IMG/VR virus record: IMGVR_UViG_3300046694_000296
Span: 124,001 to 188,000 of that record
DNA: 64,000 bases
Direction: 5' to 3' (one strand)
Shown here: piece by piece, positions 10,254 to 19,542 of the stretch
Layout: the number at the start of each line of letters is the position of its first letter
How positions within the stretch are numbered: the stretch's first letter is position 1
Position numbers and translations under genes: made by a program
Notes under the pieces: generated by a model
The model's database searches: none
Told to the model about the DNA's origin: nothing
The model's input: the letters and a program-made list of their open reading frames with translations, nothing else

Positions 10254-10846
10254 GAAATGCAGCCATCTACGTGCTCGTCGCCGCACTGATCTTCCTCGCC
10301 GGCTTCGTCGGCGGCATTCACCAGGCACGCGTCAACGCGCTCAAGGACGAGGTGAAGGCACAGGCCATCGTCCACAAGACCGACGCCGTGCACGTTGCCC
10401 AGGCGCAGGCGAAGTCCGCTGCGATCGAGACGAAGGTCGAGCACACCGCTGTGGCCATCGACACCAACAAGGCAGCCATCAAGCAGCGCGTCACCGCCTC
10501 GGTGAAGCGTCAGGCGGCCGCTGTCAACCCCATTCCCACGGAGACACCCGATCATGAAACGCTTTCTGCTGGCCCTGGCTGTGGCTTTTATCTCGACGTT
10601 GGCACTGTGCGCCTGCTCAACGCCAGTCGTGCGGGAACCGCTCTTGATTCCGCCGGCGGCGGCGATGAAGCGCGCGACGCCGCTCCAGCCCTTTGCTTTA
10701 CCGATTTCGTCGACGCCGACCAAGACCTGACACGCCTCTACCTGGATCTGTCCGAGCGCCACGACGCGCTGGTCGATTCGGTTGAGCAGTTCCAGTCCGA
10801 GCAACGCTCCCGGCTCGGCATCAAGGAACCCGCATCGAACGATTGA
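10250..10846 (+). CDS. Rz-like i-spanin
   Basis: N-terminal TM followed by a coiled-coil periplasmic region; follows the endolysin; contains an embedded lipoprotein ORF. Confidence 0.8.
   Translation: MRNAAIYVLVAALIFLAGFVGGIHQARVNALKDEVKAQAIVHKTDAVHVAQAQAKSAAIETKVEHTAVAIDTNKAAIKQRVTASVKRQAAAVNPIPTETPDHETLSAGPGCGFYLDVGTVRLLNASRAGTALDSAGGGDEARDAAPALCFTDFVDADQDLTRLYLDLSERHDALVDSVEQFQSEQRSRLGIKEPASND
10554..10730 (+). CDS. Rz1-like o-spanin lipoprotein embedded in Rz (absent from the ORF track)
   Basis: Translated by hand: MKRFLLALAVAFISTLALCAC-STPVVREPLLIPPAAAMKRATPLQPFALPISSTPTKT; lipobox LCAC, Pro-rich, GGAG RBS, +1 frame. Confidence 0.85.
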   Translation: MKRFLLALAVAFISTLALCACSTPVVREPLLIPPAAAMKRATPLQPFALPISSTPTKT

Positions 10847-10854
10847 GCACCACT

Positions 10855-10879
10855 GGCCCGGCAACACGCTGGGCCTTTT
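10855..10879 (+). terminator. Rho-independent terminator-like hairpin
   Basis: GGCCCGGC-loop-GCTGGGCC followed by TTTT. Confidence 0.55.
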
Positions 10880-10900
10880 CACTTCCGAGGAGCACTACTG

Positions 10901-11635
10901 ATGGCAAAGCAACCTACTCGACGCGCCGAAGCGCGCAACACCAAGCGGCGCGGCGACGCACCCGTCAATGAGCTGGAGATGGAGCAGCGCGTGCCGTTTC
11001 GCGCGCCGCCGCCCCTGGCTCCGAAGACGGACAGCCAGCGCCGCTACATGAATGCCATCAAGCACTTCCAGCTCGTCTTCGGCACGGGGCCGGCCGGCAC
11101 GGGCAAGACCTATATCGCGGGCGCCATCGCCGCGCAGCGCCTTGCTGACAAGGAGATCGAGAAGATCGTCATCACGCGGCCCGCCGTCGATGCTGGCGAA
11201 TCCCTCGGCTTTTTGCCGGGTGAGCTCGAGGAAAAGTATGGCGTCTACATTCAGCCGTTCCGGGACGTGCTCGACGAGCGTCTGGGCAAGAGCTTCGTGG
11301 ACTACCTGCTGCGCACGGGCCGCATCGAGGCCGCACCGCTCGCGTTCATGCGCGGGCGCACGTTCAAGGACTGCGTGGTCGTCTTGGACGAGGCGCAGAA
11401 CACGACACCCACGCAGATGAAGCTCTTCCTCACGCGTATCGGCGAGGGCTGCACGGTGATCGTCAACGGCGACCTCAAGCAGAAGGACATTCCCGGCCCG
11501 AGCGGGCTCGAGGATGCACTCAAGCGCCTGTCGTTCATCCCGAACGTGAAGGTGGTGGAGTTCAGCCGCAAGGACGTCGTGCGATCCGGCCTGGTTCAGG
11601 AGATCGTCGAAGCCTACGAGCAGCAGGCCGCGTGA
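10901..11635 (+). CDS. phoH: PhoH family ATPase
   Basis: GPAGTGKT, GFLPG, RGRTF, LDEAQN, GDLKQ and VRSGLV motifs. Confidence 0.95.
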   Translation: MAKQPTRRAEARNTKRRGDAPVNELEMEQRVPFRAPPPLAPKTDSQRRYMNAIKHFQLVFGTGPAGTGKTYIAGAIAAQRLADKEIEKIVITRPAVDAGESLGFLPGELEEKYGVYIQPFRDVLDERLGKSFVDYLLRTGRIEAAPLAFMRGRTFKDCVVVLDEAQNTTPTQMKLFLTRIGEGCTVIVNGDLKQKDIPGPSGLEDALKRLSFIPNVKVVEFSRKDVVRSGLVQEIVEAYEQQAA

Positions 11636-11819
11636 TGGGAGGCGACGCCAGCTGAAGGAAGGGAGGCGGGTTTAACCCCGTCTCCCGCGCGTTTCTGAGG
11701 AACGAGGAATCACTTGGGGCTTGGAACGTGTTCCCTCTATATATAACCCTTCTTTAACTTCTTTCTATACTGTAACTAGAGACTTACTTTAAATATCAAT
11801 TAGTGAGGAACGCAGGACC

Positions 11820-12518
11820 GTGAACTTACCTCAATGCTTCGGCGACGCGCTCACCCCCGCTGACTGTGAAATGCTGGCCCTGACACGCGTCGATCCCTCG
11901 CTGCGGGCGGCCGAATCGCTGCTCTACAGCCGCAAGTGGTTCGATTTCAGGGCGCTCCACCCCGTGCAAGCCACGTATCGGTTCGCCCACGAATACGCGG
12001 AGAGCGTCAAGCGCGCATATGCCCGCCAGAAAGACATTCGCACGCTCGCGGGCGTGCAGGGTTTCGATGTCGAGAAGCTCTTCGAGAGCCGTGAACTCAG
12101 CGCGATGTGGCGGGCCCGACAGGCGTTCGACGCGATCGGCGTGCGCTATGACTTCGGCCTCGACTTCATCATGAAGCGATTCTGTGAACGCGGCTGGCGC
12201 GTCTTCCCGCGTCCGAACCAGCTGTATGCCGAAGAGGTGATCCTCGATGTGCGCGACGCGTGGCACCGGGAGTGCAAGGCCAAGACGCAACTCGCCCGGC
12301 ACGAGCGGTTCGATGCGCGCAACTACACCGGCCACCCCGACGAGAAAGCCTATCAGGCGTGGCAGGTCGATCAGGTCAAGGCCCGCGGCGGCAACCGCGC
12401 AATGCTGCTCGGACGGCTGCTGCAGGAGAACGTGCTCACCGAAGCGGTGGTGCACGCCGCCTTTGGCGAGGCAATGCTTGCCCAAGCGCGCAAATTCGTA
12501 GTTGCTGCCGATAAGTAA
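11820..12518 (+). CDS. Hypothetical protein upstream of the replication genes
   Basis: Long ORF with consistent codon usage and a preceding promoter-like region. Confidence 0.7.
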   Translation: MNLPQCFGDALTPADCEMLALTRVDPSLRAAESLLYSRKWFDFRALHPVQATYRFAHEYAESVKRAYARQKDIRTLAGVQGFDVEKLFESRELSAMWRARQAFDAIGVRYDFGLDFIMKRFCERGWRVFPRPNQLYAEEVILDVRDAWHRECKAKTQLARHERFDARNYTGHPDEKAYQAWQVDQVKARGGNRAMLLGRLLQENVLTEAVVHAAFGEAMLAQARKFVVAADK

Positions 12519-12532
12519 TTCGTTACTATACT
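12512..12532 (+). promoter_or_regulatory. Operator + -10 box (Hfq-like/dnaB operon)
   Basis: TAAGTAATTCGTTAC-TATACT. Confidence 0.75.
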
Positions 12533-12581
12533 GACTGACAGACGACCTAACGTCTCATTCAATTTCACCCCGGAGCATCAC

Positions 12582-13034
12582 ATGAGCCTCACCCCCGAAC
12601 AAGCCCGTGCAGAACAACTCGCCTATGGTCGCTCGACCCTGCGCGCCAATCCCGATTACCCGCGTCGTATCCAGCAGCCCGAGCGCGCAGGCTACAGCCA
12701 GCGCCCGGTTGCCCCGCGCAAGCCGAACACCGCAGGCCACGACGTCATTCTGAAGGCCATGCAAGAGGGCGGTCAGCGCGCGACGATCGTCACGCAGGGC
12801 GACGGCGTTGCGTTCGAAGGCGTCATCACGGGTCGCGACAAATACACGATCACGCTCAAGACGGCGCATCCCGACGCTGAGCGCGCAGCAGCCGGCGAAA
12901 CGGTTCGCCGCGTGTTCTACAAGTCGGCGATCGAGCAGTTCTGGGGCGAAGAAGTCCGTCGCAACATTCACGACACCGAGCGCGACGAAGAGGGCTTCCG
13001 CTCGCTGGCTGAAATGACCAAGGCGGTGAACTGA
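12582..13034 (+). CDS. Hfq/Sm-like RNA-binding protein
   Basis: HDVILKAMQEGGQRATIV..G..FEGVITGRDKYTITLK...VFYKSAIEQF aligns by eye to Hfq Sm1 and Sm2 (VYKHAISTV). Confidence 0.7.
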   Translation: MSLTPEQARAEQLAYGRSTLRANPDYPRRIQQPERAGYSQRPVAPRKPNTAGHDVILKAMQEGGQRATIVTQGDGVAFEGVITGRDKYTITLKTAHPDAERAAAGETVRRVFYKSAIEQFWGEEVRRNIHDTERDEEGFRSLAEMTKAVN

Positions 13035-14422
13035 TGACTGCAGCCGCACCGACACTTTCTGTGGTGCCGGCGGCGAGCACGGTCGAGGAACCGCCCAAGT
13101 TCAACTTTGACGCGGAGTTCCAGGCCCGCATCGCCGCGCTGACACTGCGCGATTCGACCTTCAACTCGATGGTGGATGGGCTCGTGAAGGCCGACTACTT
13201 CGAGTCGGAGATCGAAGCCTATCTGGTGGGAGCAGCGCTGCGCTACTTCCAGAAATACAAGAAGGCGCCCGCGGGTCTGCCGATTTACGCGATGCTGATC
13301 CGCGACGACATCGACTCGAAGGTGCTGCCGAAGAACCTGGCGACCGCCGCCATCGGTCGGCTCAAGGAGCTCTTCGCCGAAGACATCTCGGATCGCGAGT
13401 TCGTGGTCGATCAGGTTGCCACCTTTGCCCGTCACCAAGCGGTGCAAGAGGCGATGTTCAAGGCGATCCCGATGCTCGACAAGGGCAACTTCGATGCGAT
13501 CTCCACGCTCATGCGTGGCGCGCTCGACGTGGGCGCAACGAGCGGCGACGACGAATACGACTACGGTGCGGAGATCGACACCCGCACGGCCACGCGCTTG
13601 CAGCGCGCCGCCGGCAAGGCACCGCCCACGGGAATCACGACCGGCTACAAGGTGATCGACGAGCTCCTGTTTCACAAGGGCTGGGGTCGCAAGGAGCTGC
13701 AGGTCATTCTCGGCGGCCCGAAAGCGGGCAAGACGACAAGCCTGATCGACTTTGGTCTGAACGCATGGGCCGCAGGCTTCAACGTGCTCTACGCCTCGTG
13801 TGAAGTCGGCAAGGACGTCATCAGCGCCCGGATGGACGCGAACGTCTCGCAGACGCTCTTCAAGGAGCTCGACAGCCACACGCACGAAGTCCGGCAGAAG
13901 GTCGCCGAGCACGTGCAGAAGTGCTTGCGCTCGGACGGCACGCGCTCGGTGTTCAAGGTCCACGAATACCCGACGGGCGGGCTGAAGCCTTCGGAGCTGC
14001 GCCGGCTGCTGGAGCGCTACAAGACCAAAGGCGTCGTGTTCGATCTGGTGATCGTCGACTACGCGGACATCATGTGCCCGGAGCGTCACACCGACAGCGC
14101 CATTGAAAACAGCAAGTCGATCTACGTGGATCTGCGCGGGATCGCCATTCGCGAGAACTGCGCGGTGCTGACGGCCACGCAAGCGAACCGGCTGGGCTCA
14201 AACGCAAACGTCATCAAGGCCGAACACGTCGCAGAAGACTTTAACAAGGTCCGTATTGCTGACCTGATGATCTCGATTAACCGCACCGACGAAGAGCGTG
14301 CAGCGGGCCGTGCCCGGTTGTTCTTTGCGGCATCGCGAAATCAGGAAGGCGAGTTCACACTCGAAATCGAGCAGGCGCTCGACCGCATGAAATTCATCAC
14401 CCGAGTCCTCGGGTTCGTTTAA
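13034..14422 (+). CDS. dnaB: Replicative DNA helicase (DnaB-like)
   Basis: Walker A GGPKAGKT, IVDYAD and ATQANR motifs. Confidence 0.9.
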   Translation: MTAAAPTLSVVPAASTVEEPPKFNFDAEFQARIAALTLRDSTFNSMVDGLVKADYFESEIEAYLVGAALRYFQKYKKAPAGLPIYAMLIRDDIDSKVLPKNLATAAIGRLKELFAEDISDREFVVDQVATFARHQAVQEAMFKAIPMLDKGNFDAISTLMRGALDVGATSGDDEYDYGAEIDTRTATRLQRAAGKAPPTGITTGYKVIDELLFHKGWGRKELQVILGGPKAGKTTSLIDFGLNAWAAGFNVLYASCEVGKDVISARMDANVSQTLFKELDSHTHEVRQKVAEHVQKCLRSDGTRSVFKVHEYPTGGLKPSELRRLLERYKTKGVVFDLVIVDYADIMCPERHTDSAIENSKSIYVDLRGIAIRENCAVLTATQANRLGSNANVIKAEHVAEDFNKVRIADLMISINRTDEERAAGRARLFFAASRNQEGEFTLEIEQALDRMKFITRVLGFV

Positions 14423-14432
14423 GGAGCTGGTT

Positions 14433-14774
14433 GTGAAAGAACGTCCGCTGGTCCTCATCTATTCAAACTGGAACGAGTGTCAGAAATTCCGGCGCGAGCA
14501 CGGGCTCGGCCTTCGTCCGGCCGAAATGAAGGCCGAGAACATGAGGCTCGGGCTCATGGGCCACCGTGACTTCGACTTCATGTTGGTCGACACGGCTCTC
14601 GCGCCGGAGTTGGAAGCGGAGCTCGAGCGCCGCGGGTGCACGCATGTGGTGCCGGTCACGCGCTGGCGCTACCGCATCGCCGACGCCATTGCGAACGCCG
14701 TCGAATGGGTTTTCGATCGAATGATGGCCTTCCTAGATGTGCCGCGCACCAAGCGCGTGCGGGTGATGAAGTGA
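14433..14774 (+). CDS. Hypothetical protein
   Basis: AAGGAG RBS and GTG start; GTGA overlap with the primase. Confidence 0.6.
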   Translation: MKERPLVLIYSNWNECQKFRREHGLGLRPAEMKAENMRLGLMGHRDFDFMLVDTALAPELEAELERRGCTHVVPVTRWRYRIADAIANAVEWVFDRMMAFLDVPRTKRVRVMK

Positions 14775-15868
14775 ACGACGACCTCGGCGAGCTCCTCGAG
14801 CGCGTAGACATGGCTGCATACCTCGACCGCGAGGGCGTCTCCTATCGGGAGACGCACGGACGGTCGGGGGCACAGCTCAACATTCGGGAGTGCCCGCTGT
14901 GCGGCAATAGCGACTGGAAGGTCTACGTCAATGCCGAGTCGGGCGTCGGGAACTGCTTTGCAGGCTCGCACCCCGCAGAGGAGCGGTTCTTCACCAAATA
15001 CAAGTTCATCCGCGCACACCTCGGCTCGCCGGTCGGCGGCAAGGTGGTCGATCACATTCGTGTGTTCGCGCGTGAAATGGGCTGGCGGCCCGCGCGTCGC
15101 GTCTCAGCCAAGGTCGAGAACGCACCGGGCGCATGGGAGCTTCCCGCGCACGTCACGCTGCCGCACAACGGGCAGAACATGCCGTATCTGGAGAATCGCG
15201 GGATCGACGCGGAGCTCGCCGCATATTTTCACCTCGGCTACTGTCCGAACGGGGCGAGCTTCCGATTCTTGTCTGAGCGCGGCTGGGCCACGCAGGACTG
15301 GTCGCGTCGCATCCTGATCCCGGTCTACGACCTCGATGGCAAGATCGCGACCTTCCAAGGGCGCGACGTCACGGGTCGGGCCGAAAAGAAATACCTGTTC
15401 CCGCCGGGCATCGACGGCTCGGGCGTGCACCTCTTCAATGGGCTCAACGTCCGTGACACGAAGCGTATCGTGGTGGGTGAGGGCGCATTCGACGTGGCTG
15501 CGACCAAGATCGCGCTCGATGGCGACGCCGAGCTGCGCGACGTGGTGCCGGTGGGCACGTTCGGCAAACATCTGTCCTCGGGCAGCGAGAACAGCCAGCT
15601 CGCGAAGTTCCAGACGCTCAAGGAGCGCGGTGTCGAAGAGGTGACCTTCCTCTGGGACGGCGAAGTCCAGGCGACCGACGACGCGATCAAGGCGGGCCTG
15701 ATGCTCAAGTCAGTCGGCTTTCGCGTGCGCGTCGCGATGTTGCCGCCGGGCAAGGATCCAAACGAAGTGTCTGCTGACGTGGTGCGCGCCGCCTTCTATC
15801 AGGCGAAGCTGCTCGACCGGAAGTCGGCGCTGGAGATCATGACGCTTCGTCGCAAGCTGAACGGATAA
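14771..15868 (+). CDS. DNA primase (Zn-binding + TOPRIM)
   Basis: CPLC Zn finger, YLENRGI, FQGR, GEGAFD, WDGE and KDPNE motifs. Confidence 0.9.
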   Translation: MNDDLGELLERVDMAAYLDREGVSYRETHGRSGAQLNIRECPLCGNSDWKVYVNAESGVGNCFAGSHPAEERFFTKYKFIRAHLGSPVGGKVVDHIRVFAREMGWRPARRVSAKVENAPGAWELPAHVTLPHNGQNMPYLENRGIDAELAAYFHLGYCPNGASFRFLSERGWATQDWSRRILIPVYDLDGKIATFQGRDVTGRAEKKYLFPPGIDGSGVHLFNGLNVRDTKRIVVGEGAFDVAATKIALDGDAELRDVVPVGTFGKHLSSGSENSQLAKFQTLKERGVEEVTFLWDGEVQATDDAIKAGLMLKSVGFRVRVAMLPPGKDPNEVSADVVRAAFYQAKLLDRKSALEIMTLRRKLNG

Positions 15869-15886
15869 GTCACCCGTTACTATACT
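15866..15886 (+). promoter_or_regulatory. Operator + -10 box
   Basis: TAAGTCACCCGTTAC-TATACT. Confidence 0.75.
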
Positions 15887-15917
15887 GTTAGATAATCGTT
15901 CAATCAGGGAGGGCGCA

Positions 15918-16409
15918 ATGGCTGAGTTCAAGGTGACGCGCCGGTTTGCAGAGCATCGAGGTGGCACGAAGGCGTATCAGATTTTCGAAGTGCAGTGCGA
16001 AACGAACGTCGCCATCGTTCTCCAATACGGCAAGTTCAGCACCGGCTCGGACCCCGTGTCGATGGGTGGCTCAGTCAGCATCGAGGGCGTCTATGGGCAA
16101 CGGCAGGCGCGGGGCGTCGCCGATCGCAAGCAGACCGAGAAGATGCGACGTGGCTATGACGGATGGACCGAAGACACGTTCACGGCCGCCGACGAAGCCT
16201 CGTTCAAGGACGTGCTCAAGAAGCTGTGGGGCGACCGTAAGGCCGAGCAGGTTTTCGCTCGCGTCTCAAAGGGCATGGTGACTGCCTCGACCGACCCGCA
16301 ACCATCCGAACCCCCGCCAGAAGTCGATCCCGAAAATGATGATGAGGGCGACACGAAAGCGCCCGTAATCGAAATCGAACAATCCTCGCCCGAATGGGGC
16401 AGCTGGTAG
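15918..16409 (+). CDS. WGR-like domain protein with C-terminal GSW tag
   Basis: KAYQI...QYGK...EKMRRGY resembles the WGR domain; acidic tail ending SPEWGSW. Confidence 0.6.
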   Translation: MAEFKVTRRFAEHRGGTKAYQIFEVQCETNVAIVLQYGKFSTGSDPVSMGGSVSIEGVYGQRQARGVADRKQTEKMRRGYDGWTEDTFTAADEASFKDVLKKLWGDRKAEQVFARVSKGMVTASTDPQPSEPPPEVDPENDDEGDTKAPVIEIEQSSPEWGSW

Positions 16410-16418
16410 GAGAGAGCA

Positions 16419-17057
16419 ATGACCACCGAAGTAGCGAATCCGATTTTGCCGCCGTCCGTGTCTGCCGATGCGAAGCGCAACGCCTTCTACACGAAGTGCC
16501 CGGAGCAGCAGTCGACCAAGCCGTATGCGATGTGCCAATACATCGCGGCGAATCAGAGTGACGCCTCGCTCAAGACGCTCTACGCCGATTGCATGGCGGC
16601 GATTCACCGCGGCCGCTGCGTCGCGGTCGATATGAAGGCGGAGGAGCAGCTGAAGGGCCAAGCGATCTACTTCATCGAGCGCGTGAAGGGCGCCGCAGTG
16701 GTTGCTGCGCAAACCGCCTGGACATCGCCGCTCACGCTGAAGGCGAACCGTGCGCGTCGCGAGTATGCCGCGCCGGTCGCGGCCCCGGCGCCCGCACCCA
16801 AGAAGCCCGTATTCGAGTTCGACGGCAACATCTACGCCGCCGCGCTCAACGCCGCTGTGAAGAAGGAATCGAATGCAACTAACGATCCTGCTCCGCAGCC
16901 GAAGGTGACGCCCGTCGCTGTTGCGCCGGTCGCACCGACCCCGGCCGTCAAGCCGGTAGCCGCACCGACCATTCAAGTAAACCTCACGCGCCGCGCAGGG
17001 GAGTCGCCGCTCGACTTCGCCCGGCGGCTGCGCGCATCACAGGGAGCACAGGCATGA
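16419..17057 (+). CDS. Hypothetical protein (Cys-containing N-domain, Pro/Ala-rich C-part)
   Basis: RBS GGAG; four spaced Cys. Confidence 0.7.
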   Translation: MTTEVANPILPPSVSADAKRNAFYTKCPEQQSTKPYAMCQYIAANQSDASLKTLYADCMAAIHRGRCVAVDMKAEEQLKGQAIYFIERVKGAAVVAAQTAWTSPLTLKANRARREYAAPVAAPAPAPKKPVFEFDGNIYAAALNAAVKKESNATNDPAPQPKVTPVAVAPVAPTPAVKPVAAPTIQVNLTRRAGESPLDFARRLRASQGAQA

Positions 17058-17356
17058 CCAAGACCTACAAGCCGTTCAAGCTGCTGGAGACAGGCGAGAA
17101 GTTCATCGACCTCGACACCGGCGTGCTCTGCATGAAGATCGGCGGCATCGACAACCAAGGTAACGCGATGCACCTGTCGGCCGGCTACGACATCTTCCAT
17201 CGCACGAAGATCGGTGCAGTCGCACTGCAGCCGTTCAAGGCACACGGCCGCGATTATCCGGTCGGCGCGGTGCTCGCATTCGATGAAAAAGAAGCCGTTG
17301 AAATCCCGCCTTTCCTGGATTTCAAGGCGGTCGAACAACTTCAAACACAAGGGTAA
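17054..17356 (+). CDS. Hypothetical protein
   Basis: ATGA overlap, GGAG RBS. Confidence 0.7.
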   Translation: MTKTYKPFKLLETGEKFIDLDTGVLCMKIGGIDNQGNAMHLSAGYDIFHRTKIGAVALQPFKAHGRDYPVGAVLAFDEKEAVEIPPFLDFKAVEQLQTQG

Positions 17357-17363
17357 GTAACAC

Positions 17364-18773
17364 ATGACTTCCGCCGTAATGACCAGCTGCCAGGCGTTCA
17401 ACGTGATCGAGAAAATCGCCGCGACCTCCAGCAAGAACGACAAGCAGGCGATGGTGAAGCAGTTCCTCGCCTTCGACACCTTCAAGCGCGTGCTCGTCGC
17501 CGCACTCGACCCACTCGTGACCTACGGCATGCAGCAAGTGCCCGATCGCCTACCCAACACAGCACCGGGCGCCAACACCTTCGAGAACGCTGGAATCTGG
17601 GAGACGCTCGACCAGCTGCGGCTGCGCAATCTCACCGGCAACGCCGCGCGCGACGAAGTGCAGCGCTTGATGACCTTCCTCACGCCCGAGTCGGCCGAGC
17701 TCTTCAAGCGGATCTTGCGCAAGGATCTGCGCGCGGGCTTCTCCGAATCGACCGTCAACAAGGCATGGAAGGGGCTCATCCGCGAGTTCCCCTACATGCG
17801 CTGCGCGCTCCTGAAGGACGCGAAGCTCGACACGTGGACGTGGGAAGCGGGCGTGATCTCGCAGGAGAAGGCCGACGGCATGTTCATGAACATCGACCAC
17901 GAGGAGGGCGGGGTGGTGCGCATGACGAGCCGACAGGGCACGCCGTTTGATGTCGAGACGTTCGGCGTCTTCGCCGACCATGTGCGTGCGATGTTCCCTG
18001 CCGGCACGCAGACGCACGGCGAAATGCTCGTGGTGGTCAACGGCGAAATCGCCCCGCGCGAAATCAGCAACGGTATCCTGAACCGCGTGGCGGCGGGCGG
18101 CCAGTTCTCGCATGCCGAGACACCGCGGTTCTTCGCGTGGGATCAAATCCCGCTGGCCGTGGTCGCGCCGAAGGGCAAATACGAAGTCGGGTATCGCGAG
18201 CGTCTGAAGGCGATGGTCAAAGGCATGACGAACGGCCCGCGTGCACTCGGCATCCAGAGCGCGATGATTCAGGTCATTCCGACGAAGGTGGTCAAGTCGC
18301 TGGAAGAGGCGATGACTCACTATCGCGATCTGCTGGCCCAAGGCAAGGAAGGCACGATCATCAAGAACGGGGCCGCGACGTGGAAGGACGGCACGAGCAA
18401 GGAGCAGATCAAGCTCAAGCTCGAGGTGGACGTCGATTTGAAGGTGATCGCCATTGCGCCGGGCCGTGTGGGCACGAAGAACGAAGGCCGCGCTGGCGCT
18501 TTCACCTGCGAGACGTCCGAGGGCGGGCTGCGCGTCGATGTGACGGTGAAGAACGAGGCGCTACGCGATGAGGTCGATGCCAACCCCGAGAAGTTCATCG
18601 GTGGGATCATTGCAGTGCGCGCGAACGCGGTGATGAAGCCGAGCGAGAGCAACGACCGGCATAGCCTGTTTTTGCCGCGCATGGTCGAAGCAGGGCTTCG
18701 CCTCGACAAGAGCGAGCCGGATACGCTCACGCAAGTCATCGCGCAGTTCGACGCGGCAGTGAAGGGGGCATAA
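17364..18773 (+). CDS. lig: ATP-dependent DNA ligase
   Basis: EKADG adenylation motif, HGEM, EGTIIK, KLK and SLFLPR motifs. Confidence 0.92.
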   Translation: MTSAVMTSCQAFNVIEKIAATSSKNDKQAMVKQFLAFDTFKRVLVAALDPLVTYGMQQVPDRLPNTAPGANTFENAGIWETLDQLRLRNLTGNAARDEVQRLMTFLTPESAELFKRILRKDLRAGFSESTVNKAWKGLIREFPYMRCALLKDAKLDTWTWEAGVISQEKADGMFMNIDHEEGGVVRMTSRQGTPFDVETFGVFADHVRAMFPAGTQTHGEMLVVVNGEIAPREISNGILNRVAAGGQFSHAETPRFFAWDQIPLAVVAPKGKYEVGYRERLKAMVKGMTNGPRALGIQSAMIQVIPTKVVKSLEEAMTHYRDLLAQGKEGTIIKNGAATWKDGTSKEQIKLKLEVDVDLKVIAIAPGRVGTKNEGRAGAFTCETSEGGLRVDVTVKNEALRDEVDANPEKFIGGIIAVRANAVMKPSESNDRHSLFLPRMVEAGLRLDKSEPDTLTQVIAQFDAAVKGA

Positions 18774-18995
18774 GTGGAGCAGCTGACTCTTCCTGCGATC
18801 CTCGCCGCGTCGCCGGCGCCCTGGCGCTCGCAGGTCAACTTCGACGGCATGGGCGGCTGCCGCATGCTCGATGCGAACAACGCCGAAGTGCCGCTGCTGT
18901 CGATCATCGCGTTCGCGGGCATTCTCACCGCGACGATCGCCATGCAAAAAGCATCGAAGGCGTCGCAACCGACCGAAGCGCAGCCCAGCGCATAA
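18774..18995 (+). CDS. Hypothetical protein
   Basis: Abuts the ligase; followed by a terminator. Confidence 0.55.
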   Translation: MEQLTLPAILAASPAPWRSQVNFDGMGGCRMLDANNAEVPLLSIIAFAGILTATIAMQKASKASQPTEAQPSA

Positions 18996-19020
18996 CGCGC
19001 GCAGTGCGTTGCCTCACCGA

Positions 19021-19044
19021 GCCCGGCCAAAGCGCCGGGCTTTT
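19021..19044 (+). terminator. Rho-independent terminator
   Basis: GCCCGGC-loop-GCCGGGC-TTTT. Confidence 0.7.
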
Positions 19045-19100
19045 GTCGTTGCGCTCGGGTTTACCGGGGCCGTATCATATGCGGATCACCGGAGAGGGCA

Positions 19101-19499
19101 ATGGCCTACAAGAATTTCACGCTCGGCGACCTGCGCACGCTGCTCGCGCCGCTATCGAATACGCGCAAGCAAGCAGTGCTCTACACGCTCGACACTCACG
19201 GCACGCTCGACCACACGATGATCCTCGGGTGGAAAGAAGCGCTGCGCACGCCCGCGAGCGAGTTCGCAAAGGACATCGTTCGCGCACAGCCGCGCCACCT
19301 GCGACTGGATTACGTCTTCTGGGAGTATCACGAAAGCGGGCAAGCTGCACCCTTGTTCGGGCTAGAGGACAGCGTGCGGGAGCTGGCAATGGGGCGCGGT
19401 TTTGACGAGCTGCAGGCACTCTACGATCGCATGATCTGGATCGACAGCAGGGTGGAGGCCGAGCATTTCGTTACAACCATCCTGAAGGAACTGGCGTGA
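19101..19499 (+). CDS. Hypothetical protein
   Basis: GGAG RBS, ATG start. Confidence 0.65.
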   Translation: MAYKNFTLGDLRTLLAPLSNTRKQAVLYTLDTHGTLDHTMILGWKEALRTPASEFAKDIVRAQPRHLRLDYVFWEYHESGQAAPLFGLEDSVRELAMGRGFDELQALYDRMIWIDSRVEAEHFVTTILKELA

Positions 19500-19542
19500 G
19501 GGATTGCTAAAATCGCCAGTTCCCGCAATTGAAGGAACTGGA

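Noticed and set aside
19101-19499. Possible tyrosine integrase fragment (AVLYTLDT...ILGW)
   Set aside because: Lacks the catalytic R-H-R-Y residues and is too short; left as hypothetical.
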